Shown: positions 27,140 through 39,100 of the stretch, piece by piece | How positions within the stretch are numbered: position 1 is the stretch's first letter | How the letters are laid out: every line of letters starts with the position of its first letter | Source of the DNA: Eledone cirrhosa | Lineage: Eukaryota | Assembly: GCA_964016885.1 (NCBI GenBank) | Contig: OZ024744.1 | Coordinates: 122,450,001 to 122,514,000 of the forward strand | Direction: 5' to 3' | DNA: 64,000 nucleotides | The notes under the pieces: generated by a model | What the model saw: only the letters and a program-made list of their open reading frames with translations | The model's database searches: none | Told to the model about the DNA's origin: nothing | Position numbers and translations under genes: made by a program

Positions 27140-30100
27140 TTCTGTAGTGTAGTTGGGTTTAGGGTTCTGTACTGTAGTTAGGTCTAGGGTTCTATACTGT
27201 AGTTAGGTTTAGGGTTCTATACTGTAGTTAGGTCTAGGGTTCTATAGTGTAGTTAGGTTTAGGGTTCTGTAGTGTAGTTAGGTTTAGGGTTCTATACTGT
27301 AGCTAGGTTTAGGGTTCTGTAGTGTAGTTAGGTTTAGGGTTCTGTACTGTAGTGAGGTTTAGGGTTCTATAGTGTAGTTAGGTCTAGGGTTCTATACTGT
27401 AGCTAGGTGTAGGGTTCTATACTGTAGTTATGTCTAGGGTTCTATAGTATAGTTAGGTTTAAAGGTTCTGTACTATAGTTAGGTCTAGGGTGCTATACAG
27501 TAGTGAGGTTTAGGGTTCTATACTATAGTTAGGTTTAAGGTTCTATACAGTATTTAGGTTTAGGGTTCTATATTGTAGTTAGGTTTAGGGTTCTGTAGTG
27601 TAGTTAGGTCTAGGATTCTATATTGTAGTTAGGTTTAGGGTTCTGTAGTGTAGTTAGGTTTAGGGTTCTATACTGTAGTTAGGTTTAGGGTTCTGTACTA
27701 TAGTTAGGTCTAGGGTTCTATACTGTAGTTAGGTTTAAGGTTCTATACTGTAGTTGGGTTTAGGGTTCTGTAGTGTAGGTAGGTTTAGGGTTCTATACTG
27801 TAGTTAGGTCTAGGGTTCTGTAGTGTAGTTAGGTTTAGGGTGCTGTACTGTAGTTAGGTTTAGGGTTCTATACTATAGTTAGGTTTAGGGTTCTATAGTG
27901 TAGTTAGGTTTAGCGTTCTATACTGTAGTTAGGTTTAGGGTTCTGCAGTGTAGTTAGGTCTAGGTTTCTGTAATGTAGTTAGGTTTAGGGTTCTGTACTG
28001 TAGTTAGGTTTAGGGTTCTATACTATAGTTAGGTTTAGGGTTCTATAGTGTAGTTAGGTCTAGGGTTCTATACTGTAGCTAGGTGTAGGGTTATATACTG
28101 TAGTTATGTCTAGGGTTGTAGACTGTAGTGAGGTCTAGGGTGCTATACGGTAGTTAGGTTTAGGGTTCTATACTGTAGTTAGGTTTAGGGTTCTATACTA
28201 TAGTTAGGTGTAAGGTTCTATACTGTAATTAGGTTTAGGGTTCTGTAGTGTAGTTAGGTTTAGGGTTCTATATTGTAGTTAGGTTTAGGGTTCTATACTG
28301 TAGTTAGGTCTAGGGTTCTATACTGTAGTTAGGTCTAGGGTTCTGTACTATAGTTAGGTCTAGGGTTCTATACCGTAGTTAGGTTTAAGGTTCTATACTG
28401 TAGTTAGGTATAGGGTTCGGTAGTGAAGTTAGGTTTAGGGTGCTGTACTGTAGTTAGGTTTAGGGTTCTATACTATAGTTAGGTTTAGGGTTCTATAGTG
28501 TAGTTAGGTTTAGGGTTCTATACTGTAGTTAGGTTTAGGGTTCTGTAGTGTTGTTAGGTCTAGGTTTCTGTAATGTAGTGAGGTTTAGGGTTCTGTACTG
28601 TAGTGAGGTTTAGGGTTCTGTAGTATAGTTAGGTTTAGTGTTCTGTAGTGTAGTTAGGTTTAGGGTTCTATACTGTAGTTAGGTCTAGGGTTCCATAAAG
28701 TAGTTAGATCTAGGGTTCTATAGTGTAGTTAGGTGTAGGGTTCAGTACTGTAGCTAGGTGTAGGGTTCTATACTGTAGTTATGTCTAGGGTTCTATAGTG
28801 TAGTTAGGTTTAAAGGTTCTGTACTGTAGTTAGGTTTAGGGTTCTATACTGTAGTTAGGTTTAGGGTTCTATACTATAGTTAGGTTTAAGGTTCTATACT
28901 GTAATTAGGTTTAGGGTTCTATATTGCAGTTAGGTTTAGGGTTCTGTAGTGTAGTTAGGTCTAGGATTCTATGTTGTATTTAGATTTAGGGTTCTGTAGT
29001 GTAGTTAGGTTTAGGGTTCTATACTGTAGTTAGGTTTAGGGTTCCGTACTATAGTTAGGTCTAGGGTTCTATACTGTAGTTAGGTTTAAGGTTCTATACT
29101 GTAGTTAGGTCTAGGGTTCTGTAGTGTAGTTAGGTTGAGGGTGCTGTACTGTAGTTAGGGTTAGTGTCCTATACTATAGTCAGGTTTAGGGTTCTATAGT
29201 GTAGTTAGGTTTAGGGTTCTATACTGTTGGTCGGTTTAGGGTTCTGTAGTGTAGTTAGGTCTAGGTTTCTGTAATGTAGTTAGGTTTAAGGTTCTGTACT
29301 GTAGTTAGGTTTAGGGTTCTATACTATAGTTAGGTTTACGGTTCTATAGTGTAGTTAGGTCTAGGGTTCTATAGTGTAGCTAGGTGTAGGGTTCTATACT
29401 GTAGTTATGTCTAGGGTTCTATACTGTAGTGATGTTTAGGGTTCTATAGTATAGTTAGGTTTAAAGGTTCTGTACTATAGTTAGGTCTAGGATGCTATAC
29501 TGTAGTTAGGTTTAGGGTTCTATACTGTAGTTAGGTTTAGGGTTCTATACTATAGTTAGGTTTAAGGTTCTATACTGTAATTAGGTTTAGGGTTCTGTAG
29601 TGTATTTAGGTTTAGTGTTCTGTAGTGTAGTAAGGTCTAGGGTTCTGTACTGTAGTTAGGTCTAGGGTTCTATACTGTAGCTAGGTGTAGGGTTCTATAC
29701 TGTAGCTAGGTCTAGGGTTCTATACTGTAGTTAGGTTTATGGTATTGTTGTGTAGTTAGATTTAGGGTTCTGTAGTGTAGTTAGGTCTAGGGTTCTATAC
29801 TGTAGTTAGGTCTAGGGTTCTATACTGTAGTTAGGTCTAGAGTTCTATACTGTAGCTAGGTCTAGGGTTCTATACTGTAGTTAGCTTTAGGGTTCTGTAG
29901 TGTAGTTAGGTTTAGGGTTCTATACTGTAGTTAGGTCTAGGGTTCTATACTGTAGTTAGGTCTAGGGTTCTGTAGTGTAGTTAGGTCTAGGGTTCTATAC
30001 TGTAGTGAGGTTTAGGGTTCTGTACTATAGTTAGGTCTAGGGTGCTATACTGTAGTTAGGTTTAGAGGTCTGTAGTGTAGTTAGGTTTAGGGTTCTATAT

Positions 30101-33100
30101 TGTAGTTAGGTCTAGGGTTCTATACTCTAGCTAGGTCTAGGGTTCTATACTGTAGTGAGGTTTAGGGTTCTGTACTATAGTTAGGTCTAGGGTGCTATAC
30201 TGTAGTTAGATTTAGAGTTCTGTAGTGTAGTTAGGTTTAGGGTTCTATATTGTAGTTAGGTTTAGGGTTCTGTAATATAGTTAGGCTTAGGGTTCTGTAC
30301 TGTAGTTAGGTCTAGGGTTCTATACTGTAGCTAGGTTTAGGGTTCTAAACTGTAGCTAGGTGTAGGGTTCTATACTGTAGTGAGGTTTAGGGTTCTGCAG
30401 TGTAGTTAGATTTAGGGTTGTGTACTGTAGTTACGTCTAGGGTTCTATACTGTAGTTAGGTTTAGGGTTCTGTAGTGTAGTTAGGTCTAGGGTTCTATAC
30501 TGTAGTTAGGTTTAAGGTTCTATATTGTAGTTAGGCTTAGGGTTCTATACTGTAGTTAGGTCTAGGGTTCTATACTGCAGTTAGGTCTAGGGTTCTATAC
30601 TGTAGTTAGGTTTAAGGTTCTATACTGTAGTTAGGTTTAGGGTTCTGTAGTGTAGGTAGGTTTAGGGTTCTATACTGTAGTTAGGTCTAGGGTTCTGTAG
30701 TGTAGTTAGGTTTAGGGTGCTGTACTGTAGTTAGGTTTAGGGTTCTATAGGCTAGTTAGGTCTACGGTTCTATACAGTAGCTAGGTGTAGGGTTCTATAC
30801 TGTAGTTATGTCTAGGGTTCTAAACTGTAGTGAGGTTTAGGGTTCTATAGTTTAGTTAGGTTTAAAGGTTCTGTACTATAGTTAGGTCTAGGGTTTTACA
30901 CTGTAGTTAGGTTTAGGGTTCTGTAGTGTAGTTAGGTCTTGGGTTCTATACTGTAGTTAGGTTTAGGGTTCTGAAGTGTAGTTAGGTTTAGGGTTCTGTA
31001 GTGTAGTTAGGTCTAGGTTTCTGTAATGTAGTTAGGTTTAGGGTTCTGTACTGTAGTTAGGTTTAGGGTTCTATAGTGTAGTTAGGTCTACGGTTCTATA
31101 CAGTAGCTAGGTGTAGGGTTCTATACTGTAGTTATGTCTAGGGTTCTAAACTGTAGTGAGGTTTAGGGTTCTATAGTTTAGTTAGGTTTAAAGGTTCTGT
31201 ACTATAGTTAGGTCTAGGGTGCTATACTGTAGTTAGGTTTAGGGGTCTATACTGTAGTTAGGTTTAGGGTTCTATACTATAGTTAGGTTTAAGGTTCTAT
31301 ACTGTAGTTAGGTCTAGGGTTCTGTAGTGTAGTTAGGTTTAGGGTGCTGTACTGTAGTTAGGTTAAGGGGTCTATACTGTAGTTAGGTTTAGGGTTCTAT
31401 ACTATAGTTAGGTTTAGGGTTCTATAGTGTAGTTAGGTTTAGGGTTCTATACTGTAGTTAGGTTTAGGGTTCTGTAGTGTAGTTAGGTTTAGGGTTCTGT
31501 ACTATAGTTAGGTCTAGGGTGCTATACTGTAGTTAGGTTTAGGGGTCTATACTGTAGTTAGGTTTAGGGTTCTATACTATAGTTAGGTTTAAGGTTCTAT
31601 ACTGTAATTAGGTTTAGGGTTCTGTAGTGTAGTTAGGTTTAGGGTTCTATATTGTAGTTAGGTTAAGGGTTCTGTAGTGTAGTTAGGTCTAGGGTTCTGT
31701 ACTGTAGTTAGGTCTGGGGTTCTATACTGTAGCTAGGACTAGGGTTCTATACTGTAGTTAGGTTTAGGGTTCTGTAGTGTAGTTAGGTTTAGGGTTCTGT
31801 TGTGTAGTTAGGTTTAGGGTTCTATACTGTAGTTAGGTCTAGGGTTCTATAGTGTAGTTAGGTCTGGGGTTCTATACTGTAGTTAGGTTTAAGGTTCTAT
31901 ATTGTAGTTAGGCTTAGGGTTCTATACTGTAGTTAGGTCTAGGGTTCTATACTGCAGTTAGGTCTAGGGTTCTATACTGTAGTTAGGTTTAAGGTTCTAT
32001 ACTGTAGTTAGGTTTAGGGTTCTGTAGTGTAGGTAGGTTTAGGGTTCTATACTGTAGTTAGGTCTAGGGTTCTGTAGTGTAGTTAGGTTTAGGGTGCTGT
32101 ACTGTAGTTAGGTTTAGGGTTCTATACTATAGTTAGGTTTAGGGTTCTATAGTGTAGTTAGGTTTAGGGTTCTATACTGTAGTTAGGTTTAGGGTTCTGT
32201 AGTGTAGTTAGGTTTAGGGTTCTGTACTATAGTTAGGTCTAGGGTGCTATACTGTAGTTAGGTTTAGGGGTCTATACTGTAGTTAGGTTTAGGGTTCTAT
32301 ACTATAGTTAGGTTTAAGGTTCTATACTGTAGTTAGGTTTAGGGTTCTGTAGTGTAGGTAGGTTTAGGGTTCTATACTGTAGTTAGGTCTAGGGTTCTGT
32401 AGTGTAGTTAGGTTTAGGGTGCTGTACTGTAGTTAGGTTTAGGGTTCTATACTATAGTTAGGTTTAGGGTTCTATAGTGTAGTTAGGTTTAGGGTTCTAT
32501 ACTGTAGTTAGGTTTAGGGTTCTGTAGTGTAGTTAGGTTTAGGGTTCTGTACTATAGTTAGGTCTAGGGTGCTATACTGTAGTTAGGTTTAGGGGTCTAT
32601 ACTGTAGTTAGGTTTAGGGTTCTATACTATAGTTAGGTTTAAGGTTCTATACTGTAATTAGGTTTAGGGTTCTGTAGTGTAGTTAGGTTTAGGGTTCTAT
32701 ATTGTAGTTAGGTTAAGGGTTCTGTAGTGTAGTTAGGTCTAGGGTTCTGTACTGTAGTTAGGTCTGGGGTTCTATACTGTAGCTAGGACTAGGGTTCTAT
32801 ACTGTAGTTAGGTTTAGGGTTCTGTAGTGTAGTTAGGTTTAGGGTTCTGTTGTGTAGTTAGGTTTAGGGTTCTATACTGTAGTTAGGTCTAGGGTTCTAT
32901 AGTGTAGTTAGGTCTAGGGTTCTATACTGTAGTTAGGTCTAGGGTTCTGTAGTGTAGTTAGGTCTAGGGTTCTATACTGTAGCTAGGTGTAGGGTTCTAT
33001 ATTGTAGTTAGGTCTAGGGTTCTATACTGTAGTGAGGTCTAGGGTTCTGTAGTGTAGTTAGGTCTAGGATTCTATATTGTAGTTAGGTTTAGGGTTCTGT

Positions 33101-36100
33101 ACTATAGTTAGGTCTAGGGTGCTATACTGTAGTTAGGTTTAGGGTTCTGTACCGTAGTTAGGTTTAGGGTTCTATATTGTAGTTAGGTTTAGGGTTCTGT
33201 AGTTTAGTTAGATTTAGGGTTCTATATTGTAGTTAGGTTTAGGGTTCTGTAATATAGTTAGGTTTAGGGTTCTGTACTGTAGTTACGTCGAGGGTTCTAT
33301 ACTGCAGCTAGGTTTAGGGTTCTAAACAGTAGCTAGGTGTAGGGTTCTATATTGTAGTGAGGTTTAGGGTTCTGTATTGTAGTTAGGTTTAGGGTTGTCT
33401 ACTGTAGTTACGTCTAGGGTTCTATATTGTAGTTAGGTTTAGGGTTCTGTACTGTAGTTAGGTCTAGGATTCTATATTGTAGTTAGGTTTAGGGTTCTGT
33501 AGTGTAGTTAGGTTTAGGGTTCTATACTGTAGTTAGGTTTAAGGTTCTGTACTATAGTTAGGTCTAGGGTTCTATACTGTAGTTAGGTTTAAGGTTCTAT
33601 ACTGTAGTTCGGTTTAGGGTTCTGTAGTGTAGTTAGGTTTAGGGTTCTGTACTGTAGTTAGGTTTAGGGTTCTATACTATAGTTAGGTTTAGGGTTCTAT
33701 AGTGTAGTTAGGTCTAGGGTTCTATACTGTAGCTAGGTGTAGGGTTCTATACTGGAGTTATGTCTAGGGTTGTATAATGTAGTGAGGTTTTGGGTTCTAT
33801 AGTGTAGTTAGGTTTAAAGGTTCTGTACTATAGTTAGGTCTAGGGTGCTATACTGTAGTTAGGTTTAGGGTTCTATAATATAGTTAGGTTTAAGGTTCTA
33901 TACTGTAATTAGGTTTAGGGTTCTGTAGTGTAGTTAGGTTTAGGGTTCTATATTGAAGTTAGGTTAAGGGTTCTGTAGTGTAGTTAGGTCTAGGGTTCTG
34001 TACTGTAGTTAGGTCTAGGGTTCTATACTGTAGCTAGGTCTAGTGTTCTATACTGTAGTTAGGTTTAGGGTTCTGTAGTGTAGTTAGGTTTAGGGTTCTG
34101 TAATGTAGTTAGGTCTAGGTTTCTATACCGTAGTTGGGTCTAGGGTTCTATAGTGTAGTTAGGTCTAGGGTTCTATACTGTAGTTAGGACTAGGGTTCTA
34201 TACTGTAGTTAGGTCTAGGGTTCTATACTGTAGCTAGGTGTAGGGTTCTATACTGTAGTTAGGTTTAGGGTTCTGTAGTGTAGTTAGGTTTAGGGTTCTA
34301 TACTGTAGTTAGGTCTAGGGTTCTATAGTGTAGTTAGGTCTAGGGTTCTATACTGTAGTTAGGTCTAGGGTTCTATACTGTAGTTAGGTCTAGGGTTCTA
34401 TACTGTAGTTAGGTCTAGAGTTCTATACTGTAGTTAGGTCTAGAGTTCTGTACTATAGTTAGGTCTAGGGTGCTGTACTTTAGTTAGGTTTAGGGTTCTG
34501 TACTGTAGTTAGGTTTAGGGTTCTATATTGTAGTTAGGTTTAGGGTTCTGTAATGTAGTTAGGTTTAGGGTTCTATATTGTAGTTAGGTTTAGGGTTCTG
34601 TAATATAGTTAGGTTTAGGTTTCTGTACTGTAGTTAGGTCTAGGGGTCTATACTGTAGCTAGGTCTAGGGGTCTATACTGTAGCTAGGTTTAGGGTTCTA
34701 TACTGTAGTTAGGTTTAGGGTTCTGTAGTGTAGTTAGATTTAGGGTTCTATACTGTTGTGAGGTTTAGCGTTCTGTACTGTAGTGAGGTCTAGGGTTCTA
34801 TACTGTAGTTAACTTTAGGGTTCTGTACCGTAGTTAGGTTTAGGGTTCAATACTGTAGTTAGGTTTAGGGTTCTATACTGTAGCTATGTTTAGGGTTCTG
34901 TAGTGTAGTTGGGTTTAGGGTTCTGTACTGTAGTTAGGTCTAGGGTTCTATACTGTAGTTAGGTCTAGGGTTCTATAGTGTAGTTAGGTTTAGGGTTCTG
35001 TAGTGTAGTTAGGTTTAGGGTTCTATACTGTAGCTAGGTTTAGGGTTCTGTAGTGTAGTTAGGTTTAGGGTTCTGTACTGTAGTGAGTTTTAGGGTTCTA
35101 TAGTGTAGTTAGGTCTAGGGTTCTATACTGTAGCTAGGTGTAGGATTCTATACTGTAGTTATGTCTAGGGTTCTATACTGTAGTGAGGTTTTGGGTTCTA
35201 TAGTATAGTAAGGTTTAAAGGTTCTGTACTATAGTTAGGTCTAGGGTGCTATACTCTAGCGAGGTTTAGGGTTCTATACTATAGTTAGGTTTAAGGTTCT
35301 ATACAGTAATTAGGTTTAAGGTTCTATATTGTAGTTAGGTTTAGGGTTCTGTAGTGTAGTTAGGTCTAGGATTCTATATTGTAGTTAGGTTTAGGGTTCT
35401 GTAGTGTAGTTAGGTTTAGGGTTCTATACTGTAGTTAGGTTTAGGGTTCTGTACTATAGTTAGGTCTAGGGTTCTATACTGTAGTTAGTTCTAGGGTTCT
35501 ATAGTGTAGTTAGGTCTAGGGTTCTATACTGTAGTTAGGTCTAGGGTTCTATACTGTAGCTAGGTGTAGGGTTCTATACTGTAGTTAGGTTTAGGGTTCT
35601 GTAGTGTAGTTAGGTTAAGGGTTCTATACTGTAGTTAGGTCTAGGGTTCTATAGTGTAGTTAGGTCTAGGGTTCCATACTGTAGCTAGGTGTAGGGTTCT
35701 ATACTGTAGTTAGGTCTAGGGTTCTATACTGTAGTGAGGTCTAGGGTTCTGTAGTGTAGTTAGGTCTAGGATTCTATACTGTAGTTAGGTTTAGGGTTCT
35801 GTACTATAGTTAGGTCTAGGGTTCTATACTGTAGTTAGGTCTAGGGTTCTATATTGTAGTTAGGTTTAGGGTTCTGTACTATAGTTAGGTCTAGGGTGCT
35901 ATACTGTAGTTAGGTTTAGGGTTCTGTACCGTAGTTAGGTTTAGGGTTCTATATTGTAGTTAGGTTTAGGGTTCTGTAGTTTAGTTAGATTTAGGGTTCT
36001 ATATTGTAGTTAGGTTTAGGGTTCTGTAATATAGTTAGGTTTAGGGTTCTGTACTGTAGTTAGGTCTTGGGTTCTATACTGCAGCTAGGTTTAGGGTTCT

Positions 36101-39100
36101 AAACAGTAGCTAGGTGTAGCGTTCTATATTGTAGTGAGGTTTAGGGTGCTGTAGTGTAGTTAGGTTTAGGGTTGTGTACTGTAGTTACGTCTAGGGTTCT
36201 ATATTGTAGTTAGGTTTAGGGTTCTGTAGTGTAGTTAGGTCTAGGATTCTATATTGTAGTTAGGTTTAGGGTTCTGTAGTGTAGTTAGGTTTAGGGTTCT
36301 ATACTGTAGTTAGGTTTAGGGTTCTGTACTATAGTTAGGTCTAGGGTTCTATACTGTAGTTAGGTTTAAGGTTCTATACTGTAGTTGGGTTTAGGGTTCT
36401 GTAGTGTAGGTAGGTTTAGGGTTCTATACTGTAGTTAGGTCTAGGGTTCTGTAGTGTATTTAGGTTTAGGGTTCTGTACTGTAGTTAGGTTTAGGGTTCT
36501 ATACTATAGTTAGGTTTAGGGTTCTATAGTGTAGTTAGGTCTAGGGTTCTATACTGTAGTTAGGTCAAGGGTTCTATACTGTAGCTAGGTGTAGGGTTCT
36601 ATACTGTAGTTAGGTCTAGGGTTGTATACTGTAGTGAGGTTTTGGGTTCTATAGTGTAGTTAGGTTTAAAGGTTCTGTACTATAGTTAGGTCTAGGGTGC
36701 TATACTGTTGTGAGGTTTAGGGTTCTATACTGTAGTTAGGTTTAGGGTTCTATACTATAGTTAGGTGTAAGGTTCTATACTGTAATTAGGTTTAGGATTC
36801 TGTAGTGTAGTTAGGTTTAGGGTTCTATATTGTAGTTAGGTTTAGGGTTCTGTAGTGTAGTAAGGTCTAGGGTTCTGTACTGTAGTTAGGTCTAGGGTTC
36901 TGTACTGTAGCTAGGTGTAGGGTTCTATACTGTAGTTAGGTTTATGGTATTGTAGTGTAGTTAGGTTTAGGGTTCTGTAGTGTAGTTAGGTTTAGGGTTC
37001 TGTAGTGTAGTTAGGTCTAGGGTTCTATACTGTAGTTAGTTCTAGGGTTCTATAGTGTAGTTAGGTCTAGGGTTCTATACTGTAGTTAGGTCTAGGGTTC
37101 TATACTGTAGCTAGGTGTAGGGTTCTATACTGTAATTAGGTCTAGGGTTCTATACTGTAGTGAGGTTTAGGGTTCTGTAGTGTAGTTAGGTTTAGGGTTG
37201 TGTACTGTAATTACGTCTAGGGTTCTATACTGTAGTTAGGTTTAGGGTTCTGTAGTGTAGTTAGGTCTAGGGTTCTATACTGTAGTTAGGTTTAAGCTTC
37301 TATATTGTAGTTAGGTTTAGGGTTCTATACTGTAGTTAGGTCTAGGTTTCTATACTGTAGTTAGGTCTAGGGTTCTGTACTATAGTTAGGTCTAGGGTTC
37401 TATACTGTAGTTAGGTTTAAGGTTCTATACTGTAGTTAGGTTTGGATTGTGTAGTGTAGTTAGGTCTAGGTATCTGTAATGTAGTGAGGTTTAGGGTTCT
37501 GTAGTGTAGTTAGGTTTAGGGTTCTGTACTGTAGTGAGGTTTAGGGTTCTGTAGTGTAGTTAGGTTTAGGGTTCTGTAGTGTAGTTAGGTCTAGGATTCT
37601 ATGTTGTAGTTAGGTTTAGGGTTCTGTAGTGTAGGTAGGTTTAGGGTTCTATACTGTAGTTAGGTCTAGGGTTCTGTAGTGTAGTTAGGTTTAGGGTGCT
37701 GTACTGCAGTTAGGTTTAGTGTCCTATACTATAGTCAGGTTTAGGGTTCTATAGTGTAGTTAGGTTTAGGGTTCTATACTGTAGTTAGGTTTAGGGTTCT
37801 GTAGTGTAGTTGGGTTTAGGGTTCTGTACTGTAGTTAGGTCTAGGGTTCTATACTGTAGTTAGGTTTAGGGTTCTATACTGTAGTTAGGTCTAGGGTTCT
37901 ATAGTGTAGTTAGGTTTAGGGTTCTGTAGTGTAGTTAGGTTTAGGGTTCTATACTGTAGCTAGGTTTAGGGTTCTGTAGTGTAGTTAGGTTTAGGGTTCT
38001 GTACTGTAGTGAGGTTTAGGGTTCTATAGTGTAGTTAGGTCTAGGGTTCTATACTGTAGCTAGGTGTAGGGTTCTATACTGTAGTTATGTCTAGGGTTCT
38101 ATACCGTAGTGAGGTTTTGGGTTCTATAGTATAGTTAGGTTTAAAGGTTCTGTACTATAGTTAGGTCTAGGGTGCTATACAGTAGTGAGGTTTAGGGTTC
38201 TATACTATAGTTAGGTTTAAGGTTCTATACAGTAATTAGGTTTAGGGTTCTATATTGTAGTTAGGTTTAGGGTTCTGTAGTGTAGTTAGGTCTAGGATTC
38301 TATATTGTAGTTAGGTTTAGGGTTCTGTAGTGTAGTTAGGTTTAGGGTTCTATACTGTAGTTAGGTTTAGGGTTCTGTACTATAGTTAGGTCTAGGGTTC
38401 TATACTGTAGTTAGGTTTAAGGTTCTATACTGTAGTTGGGTTTAGGGTTCTGTAGTGTAGGTAGGTTTAGGGTTCTATACTGTAGTTAGGTCTAGGGTTC
38501 TGTAGTGTAGTTAGGTTTAGGGTGCTGTACTGTAGTTAGGTTTAGGGTTCTATACTATAGTTAGGTTTAGGGTTCTATAGTGTAGTTAGGTTTAGCGTTC
38601 TATACTGTAGTTAGGTTTAGGGTTCTGCAGTGTAGTTAGGTCTAGGTTTCTGTAATGTAGTTAGGTTTAGGGTTCTGTACTGTAGTTAGGTTTAGGGTTC
38701 TATACTATAGTTAGGTTTAGGGTTCTATAGTGTAGTTAGGTCTAGGGTTCTATACTGTAGCTAGGTGTAGGGTTATATACTGTAGTTATGTCTAGGGTTG
38801 TAGACTGTAGTGAGGTCTAGGGTGCTATACGGTAGTTAGGTTTAGGGTTCTATACTGTAGTTAGGTTTAGGGTTCTATACTATAGTTAGGTGTAAGGTTC
38901 TATACTGTAATTAGGTTTAGGGTTCTGTAGTGTAGTTAGGTTTAGGGTTCTATATTGTAGTTAGGTTTAGGGTTCTGTAGTGTAGTAAGGTCTAGGGTTC
39001 TGTACTGTAGTTAGGTCTAGGGTTCTATACTGTAGCTAGGTGTAGGGTTCTATACTGTAGTTAGGTCTAGGGTTCTATACTGTAGTTAGGTCTAGGGTTC

